Notes: a model not told the origin generated them from the sequence alone. 32,000 nt of DNA from Promethearchaeota archaeon (GCA_016933055.1 JAFGBS010000001.1:240001-272000); one strand, 5' to 3'; numbered from the stretch's first letter, positions 21,096 to 31,523 are shown. Made by a program: numbers and translations.

Positions 21096-21638
21096 TTGAC
21101 CGATTTTGGATTAGAAAGTGGTGCTGTTTTATTGGTGCATTTCAATCTTAAATGGAAATCCATGTTTGATAAAGAATCTCAGAGATTAAAGTCCATCCTC
21201 AATGAATTTATATTAAACATTCAGCATATTGGGAGTACTGCAATCCCTAATATCTTAGTAAAATCCATCATTGACATTGCAATAGCGATTAAACCCAAAT
21301 TCCTAAAGGAAATTTCGGCTATTGTAAAGATTATGGAATACAATGGTTATATTTATCGAGGAGAAATAGGAATTATCGATCGACACCTTTTCGTCAAAGG
21401 AACTCGTAATTTCCGAACACATCACATCCATTTAATACCTATAACCCATCCCCAGTGGACAAAGCATCAATTATTTCGTGATTATTTAATCGACCACCCA
21501 GAAACTGCCAAAAGATATGAAAAATTGAAGATCTCTCAAAAAAATCAATTCGCAATGAATCAGGAGGTTTATACGGAGGGTAAATCGCAATTTATTCAAA
21601 ATATAATTGCGAAAGCAACATCAATAGAAGATAAGTGA
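21096..21638 (+). CDS. GrpB family (UPF0157) protein
   Basis: QHIGSTAIP...KSIIDIAI, RTHHIHL, LFRDYLIDHP, Y..LK and YTEGKSQFI. Confidence 0.85.
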   Translation: MTDFGLESGAVLLVHFNLKWKSMFDKESQRLKSILNEFILNIQHIGSTAIPNILVKSIIDIAIAIKPKFLKEISAIVKIMEYNGYIYRGEIGIIDRHLFVKGTRNFRTHHIHLIPITHPQWTKHQLFRDYLIDHPETAKRYEKLKISQKNQFAMNQEVYTEGKSQFIQNIIAKATSIEDK

Positions 21639-21703
21639 TTTGTAAACACCCCCAGTTCCAAATGTACCATTTGGAGATTATCTATCTATTTTTAGTTCAA
21701 AAT

Positions 21704-22240
21704 TTAGTGAATATCCTCCGAGGTTTTTAGAAATTTTAAGATGTCTTCGGTGGTGATGTTTTGTTTCTCAAATTCCACGATCTTTCCGTAATCGGTGCCA
21801 TCTTTCATTGGATTTAGTACAACATGTGTATTTGTGCGGATAACATATCCCGAACCTAAAATGATTTTAATTAATTCACTTAATTCTTTCCGGGTTTTGA
21901 ATCTAACAAGGACTAAAGCGTCATAATCACCCGTGACATCCCATACACCGAACACATTCGGGTGACGTGCGATTATTTCTTCAAATTCGATTAATTTCCC
22001 TTGTGAAATGGATATTTCTATTATTGCGATAATATCATATCCCAATTTCTCATAATCAATCTCGATGGTATATTTCTTTATAATTCCCTTATTTACTAAA
22101 CGATCAATGTGTTTCTTTATGGTGGTGTGTGATCGTTGAAGATTCTCCGCAATTTTAGTATATCCTTTTGTGGAATCTTTCGAAAGTTCACTGAGGATCA
22201 GTTTATCTAACTCATCGATTTCAATACCTCTACTTACCAT
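21704..22240 (-). CDS. Lrp/AsnC-family transcriptional regulator
   Basis: IDELDKLILSELSKDS...IAENL...IDRLVNKGIIKKYTIEID HTH, plus a RAM domain (VWDVTGDYD). Confidence 0.92.
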   Translation of the reverse strand: MVSRGIEIDELDKLILSELSKDSTKGYTKIAENLQRSHTTIKKHIDRLVNKGIIKKYTIEIDYEKLGYDIIAIIEISISQGKLIEFEEIIARHPNVFGVWDVTGDYDALVLVRFKTRKELSELIKIILGSGYVIRTNTHVVLNPMKDGTDYGKIVEFEKQNITTEDILKFLKTSEDIH

Positions 22241-22618
22241 GAATATGTAGTTGGATCACCTTCTTGAAATACGTTACGGATAAAGATCAGCGACACTATG
22301 AAATAAGAATGCTGTAGTTGACCAAACCACAAAATAATGTCAATTCATATTGTAATAACAGAATTTATGAAGGATGGAATACTTCTAGTTTCTAGATATG
22401 CATAATTTCCAACAAATTAGATAAAGATTCAATCGAATTCTTTGATCTGAGTGAAATAATAAAAAAAGTCTCAAAAAACTTTATTCAAATACTTATCTAA
22501 GAAAATAATTTACAATTATTCACTCATTTAATGATATATTAATAATGATTTATTACGGTTTTTTTAGTCCCGATCTCATATAACTACATCCAAAGAACCG
22601 ACAGAAATCTTCTAAATA

Positions 22619-22700
22619 CTATCATATTATGATAGCTTATTAAGAAAATTCTTTATAAATATGATAGATAAATCATATTACATATAAGACTTTTATATAA
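22619..22700. promoter_or_regulatory. Candidate operator sites and TATA box upstream of the glt/etf operon
   Basis: Palindrome CTATCATA-T-TATGATAG (22619-22635), inverted repeat AATATGAT-N6-ATCATATT (22658-22679) and TTTTATATAA (22691-22700). Confidence 0.5.
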
Positions 22701-22774
22701 CAGTGACATTTGTAAAACTATTGTCTACTCTTTACTATTCCCACTAAAAAAGGTTAAAAAACAGGTTATAGGTA

Positions 22775-25246
22775 ATGATTGAGCGCTTTAAGGATGCCGC
22801 TAGCTGGCGGTTATCTATAAAAAGATACAAAACCCCTTTCTCTATGAATCCTACAAAACTTAGATATCACAATAAGGCAGGATATGTTCACTTTGGGCAA
22901 CTACCTTTTGGTGAATACAAGGAAACTGACACCTATTGGACTTCTCAAATTATTTCCCAAATTCATTATGTTGCAGAAACAGGGAAAATTCCAGTCTCTG
23001 GAGGAGGATATGGCGGCCCTTTTGCAGGAGAAGGCTTTGATGGGATCTGGTTTGACATGAGTGAGATTGTACGTCCAACCCGGGACGGGATTCATGGAAG
23101 AGAAACAATTTCGACTCAGATCAACTTGGGTAGAATGCCTATTCATCTTTTATTCGATGGTAAGAAACTGAAATCTCCTCAAATGAAAATAATCAAACTG
23201 CCATTTCCTATGATCTTTACCCCGATTCCATTCCAATCTGAGAACTTGGAATTAAACTTGGCTGTGTTAAATGCTGCTCAGCAATTAAAAACTATTAGCA
23301 TCATTGAAGACTCCGTTTTTATAAAAGAATTTTTACCATTTATTCCTAATATTTGTATCCGATTATCCGATTACCCTTCGGGTATAGTCCAAGAACATAT
23401 CGAAAAGTTTCCTTTAATTGAAATTACTAACCTTAATTTCGTCACAGTGGCACGAGAGTTATCGAAAAACGCGCCCCTCTCGTTGTATGTCGAACCTACG
23501 GTAGATATAGAACACCAAATCCTAATAGCAGTGGAAAAGGGGATAGATATAATTCATTTGGGTTTTAATGAGGTAGGAAATTCACCTATAGGATTGATCC
23601 CTGATGTGTTGCGTAAAGTTCATTTGAGTCTTGTGGAGAAGGGATTGCGAAATTCGATTAGTATTCTTGTTAGTGGGGGGATAGCAGCTGCTGAACATAT
23701 TCCCAAGTCCATGATCTGCGGGGCGGATTGTACAGGATTGGATATAGCTCTGCAAGTTGCCTTAGGATGCGGTTTGTGGGCGGATATAAGGTTTCCGTGT
23801 CCAGTTGAACATGAAAAAATCGATCTTAAGCTAGGGGCGCAAAGAATAGTAAATCTCGTGGGATCTTGGCATGATCAGTTGTTAGAAGTACTTGGAGCAA
23901 TGGGAATTCGGGAAGTAAGAAGAATTCGTGGGGAAGTTGGAAGAGCTATATGGTATAAAGAACGACAAGCTCGATTCAAAAGTTTATTTGAGATTTCAAA
24001 AAAGTCCAGTTATATCCTTCCTAGCAATGAACTGAGTATAGGTGACCAAAGATGGCCTCGTTGGCTTTTAAATGCTACTTTTGAGATGGCACGAACAGGC
24101 AATATCCCTCAGAAAACGGAATATAAAATCGGGAAAAGTGGAGGAGGCTTCGATCGTCTGATTTTCAAATTTGAAGAACAAGATATTGAACTCCCTCAAA
24201 ATCCGAGTGCAGATTTATCGTTAAAACTCAATCATCGAAATGATGGATTACCGCAGCACATTATCCCTATGCCGATTTATTCGGGAGGGATGTCATTCGG
24301 TTCTATTTCATTAAATGTTATGCTAGGTCGGGCAATGGCAGCTCAAAAACTCTTTTCTTTTGTGAGTACAGGTGAGGGTGGGTATCCAGATGCGATTATT
24401 CCATATTCCAAACATGTCATAACCCAAGTAGCGACAGGATTGTTTGGGGTGAGCGAAGAGTCGATTGGTCGAGCTCCTATAGTAGAGTTCAAATACGCCC
24501 AAGGTGCAAAACCGGGATTAGGTGGTCATTTACTCGCCGATAAAGTAACAGAGGTGGTTGCAAAAGCTAGAGAATCCGTAAAAGGAATTAGTTTGTTTTC
24601 ACCCTTTCCGTTCCATTCGGTGTACTCAGTAGAAGATCACAAAAAACACATTGATTGGATAAAGCAAGTGAATCCTAAAGCACTCATTAATGTGAAAGTA
24701 TCCACCCCAAGCGATGTTGATATGGTTGCTGTAGGATCCTATTATGCAGGGGCTCATATTATAAATTTAGATGGATCTTATGGAGGTACAGGTGCTGCAC
24801 CTGAAATTAGTAAGAAAAATATTGCTATGCCGATTGAATATGCAGTTCCTTTTGTACACAAATTTATGACTGAAGAAGGATGTCGGGATGAAATTACATT
24901 AATTGCTTCAGGAGGGATTCGAAACGGTTATGATATTGCTAAAGCAATAGCTCTAGGGGCTGATGGGGCTCAAGTAGGCACTAGCGATCTTATTGCGCTA
25001 ACTTGTGAACGTTTAGGAGTTTGTGAAAAGGATGATGGGTGTCCCGCGGGACTCACAACAACAAATCCGGAATTTGCATGTATGGTCGATTCATGTTGGG
25101 CAAGAGATAGAATTGTAAACCTAAGACACGCATGGGGATCACAGCTAAAACAGATCCTCTACGCATTAGACATGAAACACATTTCAGAACTACGAGGTCG
25201 AACTGATACGCTTCTATATTTAGAAAAAGCCAAGAGGTCCCTCTAA
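22775..25246 (+). CDS. Glutamate-synthase-related FMN-binding subunit with two tandem GltB2-type barrels
   Basis: The second barrel has GGMSFGS, STGEGG, EFKYAQGAKPGLGGHL, ASGGIR and the Fe-S motif CERLGVCEKDDGC. The first barrel is degenerate (DMSEIVRPTRDG, VSGGIAAAEHIPKSMICGAD). Confidence 0.85.
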   Translation: MIERFKDAASWRLSIKRYKTPFSMNPTKLRYHNKAGYVHFGQLPFGEYKETDTYWTSQIISQIHYVAETGKIPVSGGGYGGPFAGEGFDGIWFDMSEIVRPTRDGIHGRETISTQINLGRMPIHLLFDGKKLKSPQMKIIKLPFPMIFTPIPFQSENLELNLAVLNAAQQLKTISIIEDSVFIKEFLPFIPNICIRLSDYPSGIVQEHIEKFPLIEITNLNFVTVARELSKNAPLSLYVEPTVDIEHQILIAVEKGIDIIHLGFNEVGNSPIGLIPDVLRKVHLSLVEKGLRNSISILVSGGIAAAEHIPKSMICGADCTGLDIALQVALGCGLWADIRFPCPVEHEKIDLKLGAQRIVNLVGSWHDQLLEVLGAMGIREVRRIRGEVGRAIWYKERQARFKSLFEISKKSSYILPSNELSIGDQRWPRWLLNATFEMARTGNIPQKTEYKIGKSGGGFDRLIFKFEEQDIELPQNPSADLSLKLNHRNDGLPQHIIPMPIYSGGMSFGSISLNVMLGRAMAAQKLFSFVSTGEGGYPDAIIPYSKHVITQVATGLFGVSEESIGRAPIVEFKYAQGAKPGLGGHLLADKVTEVVAKARESVKGISLFSPFPFHSVYSVEDHKKHIDWIKQVNPKALINVKVSTPSDVDMVAVGSYYAGAHIINLDGSYGGTGAAPEISKKNIAMPIEYAVPFVHKFMTEEGCRDEITLIASGGIRNGYDIAKAIALGADGAQVGTSDLIALTCERLGVCEKDDGCPAGLTTTNPEFACMVDSCWARDRIVNLRHAWGSQLKQILYALDMKHISELRGRTDTLLYLEKAKRSL

Positions 25247-27700
25247 ATGGATGAAGAATTAATAAAATCGTTTAAACGAGTTCAAGAAGGTGGTTGCGGT
25301 GTTGTAGCTTTCTGTTCAAATATACCCATTCGCGGAAAACATATGTTACCTCCAAGTAAACAAATGCATAACAGGGGAAACGGTAAGGGTGGGGGGATCT
25401 TATCTCTCGGATTTGACCCTAAAGAACTTGGTGTGACCAAAGAAATTCTTAATTCTCACTTTATTGTAGTCATTTCCTATCTTGATACAAAAATCCGCAA
25501 GGATTTAGAAAAAGAGTTCATTTATGGTCCCTTTGACGTTTATTCTTCACATGAATTTGAAACAAAGGACTATAAAAAGATGCACTTACTTGTTGAACCT
25601 CCAACCGTGGTTCGATATTTTTGTAAACCCAAAGCAGACAAATTGGAATCTTTCCAGATTGCTGCTGGGATGAAAGATGATGCCAAAGCTGAAGACGAGT
25701 TTGTCTTCCAAAATAGTTACAAATTAAATAAGAAATACTACGCATCTCTTGGGGATAAGAAAGCATTCGTCATGTCTCATGGGAAAAACATGATGGTGTT
25801 TAAGATTGTGGGATATGCAGAAGAAGCTATTGAATACTATCATTTAGAAAATCTCAAAGCGAATATCTGGTTGGCGCACCAACGTTATCCAACCAAAGGC
25901 AGAGTTTGGCATCCAGCAGGAGCACATCCTTTCATTGGTTTAAATGTTGCGCTTGCCCATAACGGGGATTTCGCAAATTACCATACTATCTGTGAATATT
26001 TAAAACAACACAATCGTGAAGGTTTGTTTTTGACAGATACTGAAGTTGCAGCCTTGTTATTCGATTACTGGGACCGAGAACTTGAATATCCGTTAGAATA
26101 CGTGCTAGAAGCAATGGCTCCGACCACTGAGCGAGATTTTACAAAATTACCTCTAGAGAAACAAGAAATTTATGAAGCGATTCAAAATGTCCATGTTCAG
26201 AATTCACCAGACGGTCCGTGGTTCTTTATCATCGGACGGAATGATGTCCAAAATGATACATTGCAATTACTCGGTATTACGGACACTAGTATGTTGCGAC
26301 CACAAGTATTTGCAGTTCAGGAAAATGATGGATTCCAAATCGGATTAATTGCCTCAGAAAAACAAGCAATTGATTCAATCCTTGAGAGTATTTCTTATGA
26401 AGAGAAGCGGATTTTTCCCATAGCAGATAAATACTGGAATGCTCGTGGTGGATCCTACGAGAATGGTGGTTCATTTATCTTCTCCATTAAAGATGGAAAA
26501 ATGGAATGCACTGACAAATTCGGAAATCCTATCCATGGAGAGCAAGGGAAAACCTATCGGGGGGAACCTACCGAAGAGTTTGTATATGATTCCCTCGAGG
26601 AAAAAGAACATTACATTGAGAGGATGAAGGAAATTTCCTACGGGAAAGTAATAGGATTATTGAGAAGTGTTGCGGAATTTGGAAAAGTTTCAGATGAATC
26701 TCGTGCAAAAGCGATCGAATTTTTAACCGAATTACTTGATGGAATCTATAGTGTCGGAGAGAAAAAACGCTCTATCATCAACAGCTTCATTCACAAATAT
26801 CTTTACAATGTATTAAAAGCTACTCCAACGGAGTCAGAAAAATATTCACATATAGAATATTCTGAATTGATTCCTGAACCCCGATCTAAAAAAGCTACGC
26901 TAATCTTGAATGGTCGGAATTATCCTCCTGAAGGTACTAATTCATTAGCCGCTAATATTGTTAAAGCTCACAAGATGGGATGGAACAAATTTATTGTATA
27001 CGATCTACACGGTCAACGATTTATCGGATGCGGATTTGGACTGAAAACTCCTCACATCCGAATCGATTCCTATGGCTCCATTGGAGATTACTCCGCATCG
27101 GGCATTAGCAATAGTGAATTACATGTGCATGGGAACGGACAAGACCAGTGGGCTCAGATCATGAAAGCAGGTAAACTCGTGGTATATGGAGATGTAGGTC
27201 AGGCATTCGGATATGGGGCTAAAGGTGGTGAATTTTATATCCGAGGGAATGCCGCAGGTCGTCCATTTATTAATGCTGTTGGGAAACCTCGTGTTGTTAT
27301 CAATGGGACATGTCTGGATTATCTAGCTGAATCTTTTATGGCGGGAGATCCTCATAAGGGAGGAGGATTCGTTGTGTTAAATGCGATACAAGTTATGCCC
27401 AATGGAACTATCGAAGATTGTCCTGAACCTTATCCGGGAGTAAATCTTTTTTCATTAGCTTCAGGAGGAGCGATATTTATCAGAGATCCTTATAATAAAG
27501 TTGAATCTGATCAACTAAATGGAGGAGAAATTATCCAAATTACTGCAAAAGACTGGGAACTCATCAAACCTTATTTACAAGAGAATGAGAAACTGTTTGG
27601 AATCACCATTGATATTCTTTTAACCAGAGATGGAATTTTACGACAGCCTAACGAAATCTATCGAAAAGTACAAGTAAGTAGTAATGAGGTGTTACACTAA
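25247..27700 (+). CDS. Glutamate synthase GATase-2 (GltB1) domain fused to a GXGXG (GltB3) domain
   Basis: Ntn Cys after a short propeptide (EGG/CGVVAF), HQRYPT, AHPF and HNGDFANY. C-terminal Gly-rich beta-helix repeats (GDVGQAFGYGAKGG, GTCLDYLAESFMAG). Confidence 0.85.
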   Translation: MDEELIKSFKRVQEGGCGVVAFCSNIPIRGKHMLPPSKQMHNRGNGKGGGILSLGFDPKELGVTKEILNSHFIVVISYLDTKIRKDLEKEFIYGPFDVYSSHEFETKDYKKMHLLVEPPTVVRYFCKPKADKLESFQIAAGMKDDAKAEDEFVFQNSYKLNKKYYASLGDKKAFVMSHGKNMMVFKIVGYAEEAIEYYHLENLKANIWLAHQRYPTKGRVWHPAGAHPFIGLNVALAHNGDFANYHTICEYLKQHNREGLFLTDTEVAALLFDYWDRELEYPLEYVLEAMAPTTERDFTKLPLEKQEIYEAIQNVHVQNSPDGPWFFIIGRNDVQNDTLQLLGITDTSMLRPQVFAVQENDGFQIGLIASEKQAIDSILESISYEEKRIFPIADKYWNARGGSYENGGSFIFSIKDGKMECTDKFGNPIHGEQGKTYRGEPTEEFVYDSLEEKEHYIERMKEISYGKVIGLLRSVAEFGKVSDESRAKAIEFLTELLDGIYSVGEKKRSIINSFIHKYLYNVLKATPTESEKYSHIEYSELIPEPRSKKATLILNGRNYPPEGTNSLAANIVKAHKMGWNKFIVYDLHGQRFIGCGFGLKTPHIRIDSYGSIGDYSASGISNSELHVHGNGQDQWAQIMKAGKLVVYGDVGQAFGYGAKGGEFYIRGNAAGRPFINAVGKPRVVINGTCLDYLAESFMAGDPHKGGGFVVLNAIQVMPNGTIEDCPEPYPGVNLFSLASGGAIFIRDPYNKVESDQLNGGEIIQITAKDWELIKPYLQENEKLFGITIDILLTRDGILRQPNEIYRKVQVSSNEVLH

Positions 27701-28497
27701 TGAAAAAGAATCTGAATACGATCGTTCTCATTAAACAAGTTCCTGATGCCACAGACGTGAAAACCGACCCAGAAACTGGTCGATTAATAAGAGATGGAGC
27801 TGTCACTATTAATCCCTTTGATATGTTTGCAATCGAGCAAGCCATCCAATTAAAAGAGCAATATGGTGGAAAAGTAATAGTTCTTACAATGGGTCCCCCC
27901 AACGCGAAATATTCCTTAGAGTTTTGCCTTGCAATGGGGGCAGATGATGCAATATTACTGACTGATCGCGCTTTTGCAGGGGCAGATACCATAGCTACAA
28001 GTTATACTTTGGCTAAAGCCATAGAGAAAGTCCCGGAGTTTGACATAATCTTCTGTGGTATAAAAACTACCGACGGAGATACTGGTCAAATTGGTGCAGA
28101 TGTTGCAGAATTCTTGAATTTGCCCAATATTTATTATGTAAATAAAATCCATGAAATAGCTGAAAATTCTATTATTGTGGAAAAACAATTTGAAGATCGC
28201 ATGCAAGTGGTTCAATCCGAATTACCTGTGGTAATATCCATGATTAAAGGAGCAAATACTCCTCGATTCCCGACTTTAGAAGGAAAAATGGAAGCTTTCC
28301 GAAAACCCGTTACAACTTACACAGCTACTGATGTACAAGCGGATCCAAAACAAATTGGAGCAGAGGGATCCCCTACTAAAGTACTACGCGTATTTCCGCC
28401 ACCAAAGCGTGAAAAAGGGCGTATTTTGCCGGAAAGTGATGACAATATAGCCGAATTAGTTCAATTTTTAAAAGAGAAAAAATTTGTTACCGAATAG
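27700..28497 (+). CDS. etfB: Electron transfer flavoprotein beta subunit (EtfB/FixA)
   Basis: IKQVPD, INPFD, TMGPP, DRAFAGADTIATS and TTDGDTGQ. TAATG overlap with the upstream gene. Confidence 0.95.
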   Translation: MKKNLNTIVLIKQVPDATDVKTDPETGRLIRDGAVTINPFDMFAIEQAIQLKEQYGGKVIVLTMGPPNAKYSLEFCLAMGADDAILLTDRAFAGADTIATSYTLAKAIEKVPEFDIIFCGIKTTDGDTGQIGADVAEFLNLPNIYYVNKIHEIAENSIIVEKQFEDRMQVVQSELPVVISMIKGANTPRFPTLEGKMEAFRKPVTTYTATDVQADPKQIGAEGSPTKVLRVFPPPKREKGRILPESDDNIAELVQFLKEKKFVTE

Positions 28498-28525
28498 GTG
28501 AAATGGAAAAGGAAAACCAAGAAAA

Positions 28526-29752
28526 ATGGAAGTAGAATTTGAGCAAAGTAAGTGTATCAAATGCGGACTTTGCAAGGAAGCCTGTAACTTTAATGCAATC
28601 ATATGGGATTCTGAAGGATATCCCATAATCACAGACGAGTGTAAGCTCTGTGGTGTATGTATACGTGCCTGTCCCGAAAAAGCCTTGAAATTGGATAGAC
28701 CCACCAAGAAAAAAAGAACTCGAATCGAGGATTATAAGGGAATTCTTGTTTTTGGAGAACAAAGAGACAGCCAGCTCCTTGATGTCACGTTTGAACTCCT
28801 CAGTAAAGGAAGAACAATGGCTGACGAGTTAGGAGAGGATCTTATTTGTGTAGCTTTAGGGAATAATATAATTAACCTTCAAGAAATTGTGAAATATGGT
28901 GCAGATCGCGTTTATTATTACAACCATCCGGATCTGAAAATTTATAACAACGAGGTTTATTCGAACATCGTCTCAAATTTTATCAAGAAAGTGAAACCTA
29001 GTATTTTTCTCATAGGTGCAACCTTTATTGGCAGAGAGTTAGGTCCACGCGTAGCAGCTCATTTACGAACCGGACTTACTGCAGATTGCACAGGATTAGA
29101 TATTACAGAAGAAAAATTACTATTGCAAACTCGACCTGCCTTCGGTGGCAATATTATGGCTTCCATTATCTGCCCCGACACCCGACCCCAATGCGCGACA
29201 ATTCGACCTAAAGTTATGAAAATGATTCCAATAGAAAGTCATACATGCAAATTTATCGAGAAATCAGTCCAAACTGAGGATCTCCACTCCAAAATCAAAG
29301 TTCTCGACGAAATATTGTTTGAACAAGGAGAAGATATTACCAATGCTGAAGTAATCGTTTCAGGTGGAATGGGATTAGGTAAAAAAGAGGGTTTTGACCT
29401 ATTAGAAGATCTTGCCAACAAGTTCGATGGTGGCAGTTCTGTTGGAGCATCTCGTCCGACGGTGGATGAGGGATGGGTTGACTATCCAAAACAAGTAGGA
29501 ATGTCCGGGAAAACCGTAACTCCTAAATTATATATTGCTTGCGGTATTTCCGGCTCAGTTCAGCATAAAGTTGGCATGGAAACTTCGGAAATAATTGTCG
29601 CGATCAACAAGGATGAGCACGCTCCAATTTTTGACATCGCGGATTTTGGTATCGTAGGAGATCTCTATACCGTAATACCCAAACTTATCGAGATGTTGCG
29701 GGTAACTGACCAAAAAATTTTAGTGCAAACGCCACAAAACGTCTGTAACTAA
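28526..29752 (+). CDS. etfA: Electron transfer flavoprotein alpha subunit with an N-terminal 2[4Fe-4S] ferredoxin domain
   Basis: CIKCGLCKEAC and CKLCGVCIRACP, then GLTADCT, RPAFGG, VGASR, QVGMSG, GISGSVQH and AINKD. Confidence 0.95.
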   Translation: MEVEFEQSKCIKCGLCKEACNFNAIIWDSEGYPIITDECKLCGVCIRACPEKALKLDRPTKKKRTRIEDYKGILVFGEQRDSQLLDVTFELLSKGRTMADELGEDLICVALGNNIINLQEIVKYGADRVYYYNHPDLKIYNNEVYSNIVSNFIKKVKPSIFLIGATFIGRELGPRVAAHLRTGLTADCTGLDITEEKLLLQTRPAFGGNIMASIICPDTRPQCATIRPKVMKMIPIESHTCKFIEKSVQTEDLHSKIKVLDEILFEQGEDITNAEVIVSGGMGLGKKEGFDLLEDLANKFDGGSSVGASRPTVDEGWVDYPKQVGMSGKTVTPKLYIACGISGSVQHKVGMETSEIIVAINKDEHAPIFDIADFGIVGDLYTVIPKLIEMLRVTDQKILVQTPQNVCN

Positions 29753-30067
29753 TTTAATTTCTAGAAATACTTTATTTTTTGTTATTTTTGCGATTTTTAG
29801 TAAATTCTCCGTAAAAATGGATCAAAATGATGATCAAATGATGCAATATTATCTATTTGATGTTTTTTACACAATGCGATATTTGTACAATCTACAAAAG
29901 AAACAACATTTTTAGATATTTTCGCATTCGAGGGTGCTGCGATTATTGTGTATTCGACTTATCCTCAAAATAATATTCCTTGGAGCATTGGTTGGTTTAT
30001 AATTGGTTCAATTTCAGTAATAATTGGAATACTTCTAAAAAAAAGAGAATTTAAAAAATAAACTCAA

Positions 30068-30562
30068 TTATAACCCAGTTTTCAAGGATTGTCCAAAAGT
30101 TTTAGCATTTTGGAGGTCCTCGTCTGAGGGATGCTTTCGAACGTAATCAGGTTTTTTTTTTTCGAATTTTATATCCCCCTTGCAACAATATCTCTCTACC
30201 AAAATTTCGATATTGGGATTCTTTCGAAGCTTCGATTCCATTTTTTCCCACATTATATCTTTAATGAATTTTGGAGGTTTTCCCTCTTCTTTTCCAAACG
30301 GATATTCTTCTTCTGGACCTCCACTTGTGAAGAATAACGCAACTTTGCCAGAATAGTTCTTCGCTATTTTTTTAAACATGTTTGCCCCCATTAACATTCC
30401 TGCAGCCATCCATGAACCTGCTACAACAAGATCATAACGTGAGAAGTCTTTTGGGCAATTTTTTTTATCATAAGCTTCACATCCCAATCCTTCTGCAATT
30501 TTTAATCCTACTGCTTTTGTATTTCCACTCTTACTATTATACAACACAATTGCGTTAACCAT
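30068..30562 (-). CDS. Flavodoxin-like protein
   Basis: VLYNSKSGNTKAVGLKIAEGL phosphate-binding loop and VALFFTSGG. Confidence 0.8.
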   Translation of the reverse strand: MVNAIVLYNSKSGNTKAVGLKIAEGLGCEAYDKKNCPKDFSRYDLVVAGSWMAAGMLMGANMFKKIAKNYSGKVALFFTSGGPEEEYPFGKEEGKPPKFIKDIMWEKMESKLRKNPNIEILVERYCCKGDIKFEKKKPDYVRKHPSDEDLQNAKTFGQSLKTGL

Positions 30563-30830
30563 ACTAAATCACGTGATCATTTTTTAATCGGATCTTTTAT
30601 ACCTTACTGAGCTCAGATCTTATCAGATTTGGTTATGCAAAATTAAATTTGAATTTAGTTCCCAATTCAAGAATCATTTAGAAGTTTTATCCAATCTATG
30701 TGTTGGTTCTCATTACTGGGCGATCTATATGAAAACATAGCATGAAAGAAATCAAAGAAAAAGAGGAAATCAAAGAGTAATTAGAAGCTTTTTATAAGTA
30801 TCCAGAATTTCAGTTTTTTTTTTCAAAAAT

Positions 30831-31523
30831 CTACTTTTTTCTTAGCAAATAAAGGGAACCCACTGCTTGGATAGGGATCATTACTATCATAATATACACA
30901 ATAGCTTTTTGGGCCAGCACTTGGATAACACGTCCATCAAAATAGGATAAGTCTGGACCACCAAACAAGAACCACAAATATCCTCCCATAGCGACCGTAA
31001 ATACAATTAGTAACCACCCATAAACATTGGGATATGATTCCTCGATAAACACCGCAATACAAAGTAAAATACTATAAAAAGCAGATATGGGAAACGCAAA
31101 AAAAACAAAGAAAATATGTGGTGTTAGTAATACGTCCCATGGAGTAAAAGCAATTCCTACGAAACCCAATGCTGATAATACTGCAAATACTGAACCAGCA
31201 ACAGCCAATCTATATTGATGAGTATATTTTTGAAAATATGATGGCAATGTTATCGAATAAAACATAAATGATAACCCCATTAAAGTCAGCGCAAACCCAA
31301 ATAATATGCTCGATGTTAAATTAGGTAATCCTGTTTCCGTAGTGAGCATCCCTAAGTCGCTGAAGAAGTTCATTTCAAACTTATAATAAGTGGTTGGGAA
31401 TACGATGTCTCTAATACTATATCCTCCGGGAAAGAAGAACATCGCAAGTGTGGTTAAGACAACAAAAAAAATAGGGCTAATAAGCACTCCAATAGCAGCG
31501 ATTTTTTTAAAACCATCTTTCAT
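30831..31523 (-). CDS. Multi-pass membrane protein (DUF998-like)
   Basis: Likely start is MKDGFKK at 31523. Motifs NFFSDLG and TPWD...H, with about 6 TM segments. Confidence 0.65.
   Translation of the reverse strand: MKDGFKKIAAIGVLISPIFFVVLTTLAMFFFPGGYSIRDIVFPTTYYKFEMNFFSDLGMLTTETGLPNLTSSILFGFALTLMGLSFMFYSITLPSYFQKYTHQYRLAVAGSVFAVLSALGFVGIAFTPWDVLLTPHIFFVFFAFPISAFYSILLCIAVFIEESYPNVYGWLLIVFTVAMGGYLWFLFGGPDLSYFDGRVIQVLAQKAIVYIMIVMIPIQAVGSLYLLRKK

Noticed and set aside
29860-30060. Possible small frameshifted membrane ORF (...IPWSIGWFIIGSISVIIGILLKKREFKK*)
   Set aside because: No in-frame start without assuming a slip in a T6 tract, and it is too short to call.
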